DNA of 63,774 bases, the filler included, from Folioceros fuciformis (lineage: Eukaryota), in the NCBI GenBank assembly GCA_049999805.1. It is 4 parts of 3 records of this genome, joined end to end, with 100 filler letters (N's around TTAATTAATTAA, not from the genome) between each part and the next. Parts side by side here need not be neighbours in the genome. Positions count along the whole stretch, not along the records: positions 18,494 to 43,645 come from JBNGIO010006281.1; 3 more parts are not named here. One strand, 5' to 3'. Numbering within the stretch: the first letter of the stretch is position 1; each line of letters opens with the position of its first letter. The translations under genes were made by a program, and so were the position numbers. The notes beneath the pieces were generated by a model. The model did no database searches and had not been told where the DNA came from. It worked only from the letters and a program-made list of their open reading frames with translations. This document shows, piece by piece, positions 26,914 to 38,486 of this stretch.

Positions 26914-27520
26914 AGTAACAATACTGGTTTGAGTGCCAAGCAAGTAAGCTCCATGCAGAGGCATGTTTAGCAGAGCAAGTTACTAAGAGCATGAGAAGCA
27001 TGCAGCTCTAGGAAAAGTGTGTCGTAGTGAATAATAGCTTAAGGCTTAAGTAAGTACTTAAGTAAGTAGTTGCTAAGTTAGTGACTAGAGCTTGTGTATA
27101 AAAGGGGACCTAGCCAAGGGCTAAGGCAAGTTCAATACAATGGAGTTGAGATCAGTATCTTCTCAAAGCCTTGAGAGCACTGGGTGCTTGGGCTATGCCT
27201 TGAGAGAATGTGTTGCTTGGGCTGTGAGAGCACATGAAAGGTGCTGTAAAGGAGCTGTGCGAGGAGGTCAAGAGAAGGGAGAGCTAAACTCCTAGTTTAG
27301 GCAAAGATGGGGAGTTCTTTCTAACCCTCCAGTATGTTCTTGTTGACTCGTGATTTGAATAAAGAGCAGCAGCAAGGGTGCTGGCTGCGAGTCCTCCTGT
27401 GAGAGGAGGGCGGGCTACTTGGAGGCCTAGTCGTGTGTCCGATGTTTAAGAACTGACCCTTGCTTTGGCTTCTAACTGCGTGGTTCTGCCCCACCCCGTT
27501 GAAGGGGGTGTGGTGTTACT
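26914..27520 (+). mobile_element. Probable solo LTR (607 bp) with AG...CT termini and 4-bp TSD
   Basis: ATTA|AGTAACA ... TGTTACT|ATTA; TATAAAA at 27097-27103; AATAAA at 27358-27363; short internal direct repeats; no ORF. Confidence 0.72.
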
Positions 27521-28060
27521 ATTAGACACTTCAATGAAGTGTAAAATATCTTGAGAAATTAAAAGAATAAAAATAACTTTAAAAGAGACTAAAAAATATT
27601 TCCTAGCTAAATTATTAGGTTAGTGGACAAAGAACTGCACAAAATACTACATATTTTAATGAACAGCTGTTAACGATTTCATTAGCTCGTCTTATGTGCA
27701 ATTCCCCTAAGGCGGCCCCACCACTCTCACATAAATCTCGGAGACAGGACATGGGTCACATATCTTTGGTGGAGGCAGTTATGGAAGCACCTGGAAGAAA
27801 ACTGAAGTACCTAGCATTTTAACTTGTGATCAGCGACCGAAACAAAGGGCAACCTTTCTAACTGATCGCTCACCTGGACCAGTTCGTGGACTCCGTCTCC
27901 AAGGCTTTACGGAGAAAACCTCGAAGCATTTTTTTTTGCTCCCATGCGAGACTTGCAGGTCCTCGATTTCTTTCGAGGCGATTCGATTTTTGAGCATCTG
28001 AAGACGAAAGGGCTTCTGGTTACACTTCCCAAGTCTGTTTCGAATCCGTTTGCCAGGGAG

Positions 28061-28978
28061 ATGGGGTCTTCAGGAAGGCTTCTCTGCATGTCCGCAGCCT
28101 CCAGAAACGGAGCTGGAGCAGGTTTCGCGCACTTGAGTGTTTCTGCTCAGGTGCATCCAGTGCTGCAGTGGACGGAGTGTTGGACAGTCCGCTCTAGATA
28201 CCGTTGGCAGGATGGGGTCCTTCGGCTACAATTGCACTGCTGTACGCCTACGAATGGAGCTATGCCCTGGAAAGGAGAAGTAATGGTTCTTGCACCATGT
28301 TTTGCGATAGTCTTTCTGATGTCGGTGTGCAATTGCGTTCGGTTAATGGTGCAGGTTCCTGAAATCCCTGCATCTTTGGAGTGTCTGTAGCCATGATTGC
28401 TTGGCTTTGAGGCTGGTTGTTCGAGTGTGCTGAAGCATGATTGATGAGCTAGAGACGGACTTTTCTGAGCTGTTTGAGCTGGAAGCTTGATGTGTTAACT
28501 GCTATAATAGCAACTGTGATGTCTGGCTGCATCAGGCTAGTGGGAACCAACCAGGTGGGAACCCCACGAGCAGTTTGGACCGAGCCAGGAACAAGCTGGA
28601 ATCGTTATTTATCTCTAACTCTTCTAGCCCTAGGGAGGAAGGCGTGAAGCCAATTAGATTGCCTTCCAAAACGCGTTCTATAGGAAACAAGCCCAGCTGT
28701 TCATTGTGTGAAGCGAAAGGGGCCATACAGTGCGCCACTTGTACTGGCTCAGGCTTGTATGTGGACTCGATCCTGGAAAGCCAGGGAATCATTGTCAAGG
28801 TTAGATGTCTTGGTAAGTGGTTTCTGCACTGGGTTAACCTCAGGGACTAATTTATGCCTACATCGCTTGTCGCTGCAGGACGATTAAAGTGTTCGCTGGT
28901 TGATTTCTATTTGTTGCAGGCTGTGGTGGCACTGGAGACATTCTTTGTCCGACTTGTGGTGGTCGAGGTCATGTCTGA
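28061..28978 (+). CDS. DnaJ-like Cys-rich zinc-finger protein (four CxxCxGxG-type repeats), 3 exons; start uncertain
   Basis: CSLCEAKG-AIQ-CATCTGSG-LYVDSILESQGIIVKVR-CLG/CGGTG-DIL-CPTCGGRG; intron 28813-28919; TGA at 28976-28978. Confidence 0.85.
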
Positions 28979-29368
28979 GAGCTTTATTGGGTTTGCTTCG
29001 GAATCCGGAGCACTAACAAAGTGCTGGGCCTTTTGGCCTGGGCGTGTTTCAACAGGGAATATTTATAGCTATTTGTGTGAACGCAAGGGTTCACAGCCTG
29101 ACACCGAGATCCAGCTTCAGAAGCTGCCCAATGAGACAAGTGCATGTAAGGTATCTGGCATGTTGTCCGGAGCAAATGACGACCCTTGCGGTCCAACATA
29201 AAAGACGAAGGTTCCGATTGAACCTGTGGTCCTTCCAACAGAGTTGAGTTGAATTCATTGTAGCCCACGATTCCAACGTAAAAACTTCCAAACCTACCTT
29301 TCCAATGCAGTCTTCTCCTCGCGTTCTATGTACATCAAAATTTTCCTCACGTCCCATCTCACAGAAAA

Positions 29369-30547
29369 TCAAAGGAGACCCGACTCTATCAGAGTCTTCT
29401 TTGTTAAAGCTTTGTCAACCAAGGTGAAAGTATGCTTAACAAGCATCCGATCGAGAGCCGTGGTTCTGTAGATCCGAAATTCCCGGTGTATGTTCGTTTC
29501 TTGATCTGTATTTTGCATATACAGATCAATGAACTTCTGGTGTATGTACTGGAAAGCATGCTCCACTTCGGCCCTCTGTTCCACTTCTCCCTGCCCGATG
29601 GTCAGAGGCTTGTAGTCCTTAAACCACTCACAAACAGACAGCGGGACCTGCAACACTTTCTTCTCGAAGATGTCGAACTTGTTGAGGAAGACGAGGAAAG
29701 AAGTTTTCTCAAACCATGGCTGTTTGAGCACCCATTCAAACAGTTCCTTCGTCTCCATCATCCGGTTGACGGTTTCATCTTCGAACAAAGTCTGGTCATA
29801 CTCGCTAAGAGCAGCACAAAATATAACCGCAGTGACACCATCAAACAGATGCATCCACTTTCTGCGCTCATTCCTCTGGCCACCAACATCAAACATCTTG
29901 TACACTTCGTCAGACGTGGCCTTCTTCTTGGCTTCATCTGTAGGGCAGAACTCAGTTTCAACAATGCCGGTGGTCCTCACCCGGGCATGCAGAACATCCT
30001 CCGCTGTAGGGATGTAGTTGCTGTCTGCCAGGCGATGGACATCCTCGAGGAAATAATGCGTGCAATCGGGAAGCTGCAATTCATTTGCCCGCTCATAAGC
30101 AGCCTGAATGGCAGGAACTCTCCACAGTGTCTCAATTTCCGTGGCAAGCTCCTGGGTCAGGGGCGGCATAGAATTGTTCGCCAACAGAGCAGAGATTTTG
30201 TCGGCCAGATCCTGGACCTCGGGTTGCAAAATATACTGCTCTGCCCCTTCCTCCTCAAGGGCAAATTCCTGGCATCCGTCCAAAAGAATTTTGACGAACT
30301 GATAGACATTAGCATGCACCACGGATGTGTAATTCTTGAGCTCAACATCATCGAAGCCGGTCTGAAACAACACTTTGATCTGCTTGAATATGGTAGACTT
30401 CCCGGACTCCCCTGCCCCCAGCAACAAGAGCTTGCGGACACGTTTTTCCGCCTTCCTTTCCTGCGCTATCCGGTGGTCTATCTCCACCTCCGCGACCTGA
30501 TCCCCTTCCTCCACCAGGTCGCCGCCTCTCGAGCAAGCACTCCCCAT
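29369..30547 (-). CDS. GPA1: Canonical heterotrimeric G protein alpha subunit (GPA1-like), 392 aa, intronless CDS
   Basis: MGSACS (Gly2 myristoylation, Cys5 acylation pattern); G1 GAGESGKS; switch I ARVRTTG; G3 DVGGQ; G4 NKFD; G5 TTALD; C-terminus ESGLL. The upstream 20 codons of the ORF track start at a GTG and are probably UTR. Confidence 0.95.
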   Translation of the reverse strand: MGSACSRGGDLVEEGDQVAEVEIDHRIAQERKAEKRVRKLLLLGAGESGKSTIFKQIKVLFQTGFDDVELKNYTSVVHANVYQFVKILLDGCQEFALEEEGAEQYILQPEVQDLADKISALLANNSMPPLTQELATEIETLWRVPAIQAAYERANELQLPDCTHYFLEDVHRLADSNYIPTAEDVLHARVRTTGIVETEFCPTDEAKKKATSDEVYKMFDVGGQRNERRKWMHLFDGVTAVIFCAALSEYDQTLFEDETVNRMMETKELFEWVLKQPWFEKTSFLVFLNKFDIFEKKVLQVPLSVCEWFKDYKPLTIGQGEVEQRAEVEHAFQYIHQKFIDLYMQNTDQETNIHREFRIYRTTALDRMLVKHTFTLVDKALTKKTLIESGLL

Positions 30548-32495
30548 ACTGCCTCTTGTGCATGAACAGACGGCACCAGTCCAGATCAAATTTGCACACG
30601 AAGACACGCACAGGCAGCAACCTGTCCTCCTGCACTAAATTTGTGTCCGGATTCTTGTGACCTCCCACACCAGTCCAATGTCAACCGTGCAATAAACATG
30701 CCGGACCCGTGATACCGAGACCCGAAGCGAGATTCACCAACGCCTGCGTCCGCCTGCGCATCAGAATCCCAAATCACAGTGCACCATCACATGAGGACGT
30801 GCGCAAGCAAAAACCATCCCAACACAGTACGGCTTAACAGAGTTGGCAGTTCCTCCCATCCACCTAACCGGCACACGCGGAACGCGTGGATGTTGACAAT
30901 CCGGCAGCAATGCACAGGAGCCGTGTGGGAAGGAATGACGCGACGCGCACACGTAATTTCCGAACGCGTGACGATGTCGAGTAACCAGCGAAACGGCAAA
31001 GCTACTCACAGCTGCGCAGCCTTGTGGTATGCCGGCAGCCGAAGCTCCAACCAGTTGCACGACGCAATGCATTCAAGGCAAGTCGGGACATGGTTGTGGA
31101 AGGAGCTGGCTCAGCCCGTTGGCGCTAGCTGAGAAGGGGAGTGGCAAGCCAACGGGGAAGTGCAGGGGGCGGGGCGGGGCGGGGCGGGGGGCTAGGGGGC
31201 GAGAGGCGCGAGGTCGAAGGTAGCACTAGCAAGAGACGTCCACCCTTTTGCGACGTTCGAGACGCCAGTCGATTCTTTAGTCTTTTCATGGACCAGAGGT
31301 GGACGCCGCGCCTTACCTCGTTCTCTGGCCTGCCTGCCAGCCCTTCCTCCCTCCCTGGTTGGGTGGTATCATCCATCCGTAATGCGTCTCTCTCCTTGAC
31401 TCAGTTTCCGACCCGTTGGGACTTGTCAGTCACGTGTGTCCTTCGGCATCCCACGCCGAGCTTGCTATACCCCCATGTGCTTTTGACCAAATTATAATAC
31501 CCAAAATGCCTACTAATAACTGTTTCCTCATACTTAGGCGTGGGTATTTATTGATGTAGACTCCATTAGGCCCGCGCCTCCATGGAATCTAGCATCTATG
31601 GCTTTCATATTTGCCCATCATGAACCCCCGAGCACCGGATTTTCATTCCACATAAAGTTCCTCCACATTGGGATTCATGATCCATTATCTTAGGGTTAAT
31701 TTCAAATTAATATAAATAACTTCTAATAATATAATGGCTTATGGCTTTCTGCAAGCTTATGGTAAGTAATAGGTAGTTAGAGGATGACAACAATAGAGGG
31801 GTTTTAGTCTCCCATTCTTAGGATTGTTTCTAGTCTTGGGGTAGATTACTTAAGAACGCTCATTTTTATTTCATATTAACTCTATTTAAATATATTATTA
31901 TGAAGAAAAATATGTAACAAATTCGAAACAGAAAAGGGAAAGAGGAAAGATAAGAAGACGGTGGAATGAGAGGGCGGAAAAGAAAGAAGGACGAGGGAGG
32001 AATAAAGAAAAGGAACGGGAGGGAGTCAATTATTACGGGACGGGCATGAGAGATGGTAGGATGGGATGGGACATGGAGGGACGCAGCATGAAGCGAGTAA
32101 AGGAGCATGGCGTTCGGGAACGGGTTTGACTATTGGCCAACGGGTTTGGGACGTCGGGCAAAAGGAGAGAGAGTGACAGAGAGAGAGAGAGAGAGACTAT
32201 GACACATGGTAGACGCAAGAGCATGCATGTGGTACGGAGAAATGTCAGCTATCCAGTAGGAATTTGGCAGCCCGCACTTTCCCACCCAGATGGCGACAGA
32301 CGTGGGCCACGCACCAGTTTCTTAATTTAGGCTTGCAAACCGCATTCCAGTGGACGCAGCAAGCATGTCCGATTGTGTACACCCGCCGCAAGGATTTAAC
32401 AGGCCGCCTCACAGCAACAGAAGCAGCCCCACCCCTTACCTGTTGTGGAAGGGACCAGCTTAGCAGCTACAGGATGGCGCATTGCCTGGTAGACG

Positions 32496-35400
32496 ATGGA
32501 TTACTCGTCCGGGCTGGCGAGCTGGGAGTTCCCGCCTCCCCGTTGGATGGGTTTGGTGATACCAGCCTGTGAGAGCTGTGGCTGCTGCCTGGTGAATTGC
32601 AATTTGTGAGCCATGAGGGAGCCGGAACCCGCCACGGGCTGCTTCGCCACTTTCGTTGCACTTCCTGTGTTCCAGGGATGCCTGGCCTTCCAGCCAGAGA
32701 CTTGGAGCACGATTAGCAAATCGGTGAAGGGAGTTCTGGTCGTGCTCCTTGTCTCTGCTTTGTATTTCGAGCTGGTCATGGTAGCAGGGCCGACTGGGCC
32801 GCTCAAGGAATTAGACCTTGTCTCGCTTGTGGCTTCTCTGCCCAATCTGGTAAGAGTGTCGTTTGGCCCGTGCATTCCTGGACACCTCTTCTTTTGCTCT
32901 ATTGCTGGTCCGGTACTTGCTAAGCAAGCTCCTGGATTCAGCTTTGTAAGAATGTCTTCTTACCTGCTCCAATTTGTCCTTTAACCCTGCTTTACTCACG
33001 TCTCGCGCCACGGATCGCAGACGCTGCTGAACGCGGCTCTCAACCGAACCGCCTTGCAAAATCTTTTTCTGGGAGGAGGAGCCAATGTCACCCTCTTTGC
33101 TCCTACAGATTTCGCGTTTCATGAGGTGTTCGAAAAATCTCTCCTCACATGTGTGCACGATTTTTATCAAGCTTCGCCTTGCACCTCGGATGCTGATCTC
33201 CTCACTGCAACGAATCTCGAGGCGATTGTCCTCAATCATTGTAAGCCTTTGCAGATCCAAGTGAGTTCCACAAGTAATACCCCCGTTGTTTGATACTGCT
33301 CGAATGGCATTCGTGGGACGAAACGCAATCACTTGTTGGAAAATGTTCCCAGCCCTTCTAGCTGTGAGAAAGATGGCATTGTTCCTGATGTTTCAGCGGT
33401 GCTCTCTCGTCTGTATTGAATTTTGGTCTGGAGCATGGATGACAATGTAGAGCGTTTGTCCTTCACACTGTGTCAAATGTCTTCTATGCAGTTGTCAATG
33501 GCATGTTTCACACAGAGAACCTGACTGATGGGCAACTACTGCAATCCCTTGGTGATATTGTCATACAGGTGGGATAACGCTTTATCGATGAACTTTTCCT
33601 ATGTTGTGACTGTGACGTAATCTGGCATCCATCTGGATGGGATTTAGTTGTTTTCCTCTTTCCTCCAGGTGACCGACTTACAGTCGGGCTTGTATATTGG
33701 AGATGCGAAGGTGGTTGATTATTTTCTTGCTTCACATGCTGTCATTCACGTCATCAATGGAAGCGTGCTGGGAAGTATCAACCAAATAACAGGTCTCTCA
33801 TCTGATGTATCATTCAACTCATCAGCAGTTCTTGCAGCCTCTAAGCTGGGAGACTTCGACATCTTTGACGATAATAAGGTGACGGACAGATACTCTGAAG
33901 TCGCAACCATTTCCATGCTACACAATGTGGTATCCTANNNNNNNNNNNNNNNNNNNNNNNNNNNNNNNNNNNNNNNNNNNNNNNNNNNNNNNNNNNNNNN
34001 NNNNNNNNNNNNNNNNNNNNNNNNNNNNNNNNNNNNNTACTCTGAAGTCGCAACCATTTCCATGCTACACAATGTGGTATCCTAACGTACAATTTTTCTA
34101 TTTTGTTCCTGATCACTGATAACATTTTAGCTTTGCAGAGAGGCAAAATGGCGGAAGACGTCCAATCGATCAACATACCTATTTACCAATATCACAGGGG
34201 CCTGGTTGGACTTCCTGATGGCGGCATGAAGAACCCTTCCGTCCTCTCTTTTGACCCCAGTTTGAACACAAAGGCCTTCGCCAGCCCCGATCTCAAATTC
34301 AAGTACCCAAGTACCTACGGGGTGAAGCGGCCAGCGAGCGATGAGGACCTTGCTTTTATGACTGTAAGATGTACATGCAAAACTTGTACGGAAGATTTTA
34401 TTTTGTTACTGTTGTGGAAGAGCAGCGAAGGCAGTGTTTGATTCCTGTGCATCCGTGTTTGACACCCGTCAAACTGTCCTATTGTATGACATGGTACTCT
34501 TGTGTGGCTATGATAATCACAGGTTTCAGAACTGGCCTACTTGGTCAAAAACCGGAAGGTAACATCTGCCGAGTTAGTGAAGGTCTTCACGGAACGGCTC
34601 CTTAGGTGGGTTTGGTGTGGATCTCCACCTTCTCGGTTGTCATTTGCCAGGAGAGGGGTTCCTCATTTGACGCAATGGACATTTCAAATTTTCAAAGGTA
34701 CGATGCAACTCTACAAGTGGTCATAACATACACGACAGAACTTGCCCAAGAACAAGCGGATGAAGCCGATGCCTTAATCAAGCGTGGAAAATATCAAGGT
34801 TTGGAGCGTTCTGGTACGATGTCCATTTCATGACTTCATACCACGTTACAAGTAACCTGCCATTAACTTCTGCTGTACAGGTCCTCTACACGGAATCCCC
34901 TATGGACTGAAGGATACAATAGCTGTTCCTGATTACAAGACGACGTGGGGTTCGACTTCCTTCAAAGACCAAGTCATCGATGAAGAAGCTTGGGTTTATA
35001 AGAAGTAATTTTCTCTCCATTTCCTCATGTTTTGTCTCTCCTTGTCATCAGGAGTACAAGCTCAACTTCTGTACTGCAGATTGAAAGCGGCAGGTGCAGT
35101 TCTGATTGCGAAGCTAGCATGTGGGTCCCTAGCATCCGGTGATATCTGGTTTGGAGGTCGAACCAGGAATCCATGGAACATAGCCGAGTTCACCCTAGGA
35201 TCGTCATCTGGCTCTGCTGCAGCCACCTCAGCAGGTACTACCAGGAAGTTGATGCCTGTGAGTCAGGTCGTCGTACACCCACTTCCTCCCCTTACAGTCA
35301 GATGTTACCTTTCCGGTACTCGAAGCAGCTCTGGTTCCATTTGCAATCGGGTCGGAGACATCTGGATCAATCGTATACCCTGCATCCCGCACTGGAGTAA

Positions 35401-36481
35401 CAGCCTTCAGGCCCACTTTTGGCATGGTTGGACGATCAGGGACGATGAGCCTCTCTGAAAGCCTGGTAGGCGTTCTGACGGGCTCACACTACCCATGTTC
35501 CATGCAGAAAGTCTCTTCCTACTGATGTCGACACTTGATTAGTGCAGGATAAATTAGGTCCATTCTGCAGGAGTGCTAGCGACTGCGCCATCATTCTGGA
35601 CGTGCTACGAGGAAAGGATCCAGAAGACTTCTCCTCAAAGGATATCAAGCTGAAGGACCCTTTCGGTATCGACGTGTCGAAGCTGACTGTCGGCTACCTG
35701 GCGGATGCAGATGTCGAGGTGCAGCAGCGGATCTCTTCCTCTAGTTCCACAAGCATCATTCGTAAGCATCATATGCATATTTGCTCGGCATTGCATCTGA
35801 CGGTCCGATGGCTTTGTGCGCCGCCTGTTGTAGCTGCTGAACATTCTGGCTGCCAAGCGAGTGAAGTTGGTGCCCTTTCAACTCGCCTACAGCGTCGACT
35901 CAGCTCCGGCACTGCTTGGTTTAATCATGGAGGCCGACATGCTTTCCCATTTTGACCACTGGCAGAGAGCTGGTCTCGATGACGAGTACGAGGACCAAGC
36001 GGACTGGCCTGTAGCAGCCCGCCGTGCCCGCATGATTTCCGCCGTGGACTACATTCACGCTCAGAGAGTTAGGGGCCTGCTGTCTCAAGAAGTGCTGGCA
36101 TCAATTTCAGAGTTTGATGCCATCATCGGAAACGCGACTGACCGGGAAAAAATTGCGGTGACTAACTTGGTGGGTTTGCCCGTGTTGGTTCTTCCCACGG
36201 GAATGGAGATCAGTCGGGACGCACCTCGTGGAGACAGCCAAGCACGGACGATTATCAGCGCAGGGATTTACGGCGCCCCCTTCAAAGATGGCGAGGTTCG
36301 TTCTTTATGGGAAATGCATGTTCTGCGGGTTGTGATTTCATGTAACAACACGCGGATCATCCGGCTGCAGGTTCTGGCACTGGGCATAGCGTATCAAAGT
36401 GTAACGGGCCATCATCTGCTCCATCCGCCAATAGACGATTTTGTTTCTCATCCAATTTCTCCAAACTATTCTGTGATGTAG
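32496..36481 (+). CDS. FAS1 (fasciclin) domain - amidase signature family fusion protein with N-terminal membrane anchor; start is 32496 or 32613
   Basis: TM GVLVVLLVSALYFELVMVAG; FAS1 motifs NVTLFAPTDFAF, IVLNH and VIHVING; amidase motifs GPLHGIPYGLKD, RTRNPWN..GSSSGS, GSETSGSI and DKLGPFCRS; TAG at 36479-36481. One intron spans the gap at 33938-34037. Confidence 0.85.
33938..34037. other. Assembly gap (100 N) with duplicated 47-bp flanks
   Basis: 33891-33937 is identical to 34038-34084; the gap at 45978-46077 shows the same pattern. Confidence 0.95.
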
Positions 36482-37116
36482 GATGCTAACGTTGTATGTA
36501 TACTCACAACAGCTCGGCACGCGGAGAGGTAACGTTTTCGACCACTGTTGCAACCGTGTGCACTGCTTGCCGTCTCTGGTTGTCGTTGTGATACGCCCGC
36601 AGTTGTGATACACTAGACCATGTTTCTCGAATTGCGTGACGAGATCTCAAGATAGATGTGCCAGAACTTCAGCTGATGCAAACAATCTCCTCGATTCTGA
36701 ATATGAGACTTTGGCATACAATGAACCTTGGGCTCTTGAAGCCAGGTGAAGTACATACTTTCTAAGCTTGTTCTGAGCACCGCAGAGTTATCTTATACAA
36801 GACGTACACAAGTACAAGTGTTTCACTCATCCTGGTGTCAGGCTCACCTGGCGCCAGCTGAGTGCTACACATACATAGCTTCTCCCTGGCGTTGCAATAA
36901 GCCCGCACCATCTCGGTCATCCTCAGGTTAGTGGATGTGGAACGGGAAGCGAAAGAAAGCTCAAAGGCGTTTCTGGATTAATGGGGGCTACATGTTGTTG
37001 TGGGAATGCAAAAACGGAAGTTTTACGGTCGCCCGCCTCTCGGAATCCTTGCTTTCCTGACAAGTAATTTGTGTACTCGTCGGATCTCAAACTACGGAGA
37101 CCCAGCAGCGCTGAGG

Positions 37117-37998
37117 TCAGGAACAGAACTCCTCTCCCGGACTTGAGGAGATTTGAAAGTGCCACAAGTCGCCAACCACCTTCACCAAGTTCCTGACACA
37201 CAGGAATTCCAAGGTATATGCGAACTCTGAAGGGCGGGAAGCATCGTGAAGAAAGATGTCAAGGTGGCCAGGAGCCGTCCGCGTGCGAGCCATCACGGAG
37301 GAGGTGAAGATGGGGCTCATCCGACCTGGAAACGACGAATTCCGGTAGCTACGAGGGCCATCAATAAGAATGACGTCCCACTGCACCGTAAGCAGGTCCT
37401 GCGGCAGCTCCCTGGAGAGCGCTAAAGGGCAGGAGGACGCATGGATGGGCTGATAAGGCCGACATTCCTCCCTGCGCCTACCCCGAGCTATGTCCAACAA
37501 CCTGTCCGAATCCCCCAAACTGGTGCTGTAGTCCACCTTGTACGTCTTCAGCTGCGGATGGCGCTCCCTCATCCGATCTATCCATTCCTGGCTCTCATCC
37601 AGAAACACCGTCCTCCCGCCGTAATTGAAAGTTGCCCACAGCAGGCTGTCGTGCCACATTCCGAACACCAGGAAATTGCAGGGCGATCTCGCCAACAGCG
37701 CTGCCATCACCGCGCCTATCTCCTCCTGGGATTGCTGCGGAACCTCCGACGTGGTGGCGAAGTGCAGAAGCGTCCGGGCGACGTCCTCGGGGACGCGACT
37801 CTGTCGGCTGATTCCGACGTCGGCACTGAAGAAGCTCACTGCAATGACCTTCGCGCTGCTCAAAGAAACGAACAGCAACCAGAGGAACACCGCTGACATG
37901 ACGATGGGAAGTAGCGTCGCAGAAACAGGATGCCGTTTCCTCACGCTCCTCATAACTTGCAAGCTTGATGGAACCTGAGCCTGTAACTGCTGCAACAT
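37117..37998 (-). CDS. DUF579 polysaccharide biosynthesis protein, IRX15-like, intronless
   Basis: Type II TM; SPCNFLVFG, GGRTVFLDE, ECRPYQ, WDVILIDGPR, PGRMSPIFT, EFLC, LWHF. The DGPR variant matches the IRX15 subgroup rather than GXM/AGM (DAP). Confidence 0.9.
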   Translation of the reverse strand: MLQQLQAQVPSSLQVMRSVRKRHPVSATLLPIVMSAVFLWLLFVSLSSAKVIAVSFFSADVGISRQSRVPEDVARTLLHFATTSEVPQQSQEEIGAVMAALLARSPCNFLVFGMWHDSLLWATFNYGGRTVFLDESQEWIDRMRERHPQLKTYKVDYSTSLGDSDRLLDIARGRRREECRPYQPIHASSCPLALSRELPQDLLTVQWDVILIDGPRSYRNSSFPGRMSPIFTSSVMARTRTAPGHLDIFLHDASRPSEFAYTLEFLCVRNLVKVVGDLWHFQISSSPGEEFCS

Positions 37999-38486
37999 CC
38001 TTGCGTCGCTGTACCGAGCAGCTTAATTCTCCTGGTGACCGCCAGTCACTGCCTCGAGCACACAGCAAGCTAGCTGACACTGCGTCCCTGCACTGATCTT
38101 TCATATATTCTGACTTGGTACATATATATCAACTGATCAACTGAACCTGAACAATGACCACCCTGGTCGCTTTTCTGTGTCCAACCTGCGTGCGTCTGAT
38201 CCATGTTGAACCTTTAATGTGGGCCTCTTTCAGTCCTCTGACGATAGCCTCGACGGGGCCCGGGAACTGTTGGGTTGGGCTGTAACCTATCGTAACGGAA
38301 AATCACTATGCACTTACAAGAAGCCAGGCCCTGTAGGGGACCGTAAACGTTGGCTCGTTGGTTTCACAGTCATCTTACTTCAGGCGTGAAAGCGATTGGA
38401 GAGAGTTTACTACCTACAGTCCCAAAAAACATACCATCATGATGGCACCGATGTGTTTCTTCTCCCAACACAAGCTGCCTCTTCAG

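Noticed and set aside
29432-30565. 377-aa antisense ORF over G-alpha
   Set aside because: It is in codon register with the sense gene, has no recognisable motifs and is co-extensive with the real CDS; a shadow ORF.
33891-34084. 47-bp direct repeats flanking N gaps (also 45931-46124)
   Set aside because: Identical length at two unrelated gaps indicates unmerged contig overlaps, not biological duplications.
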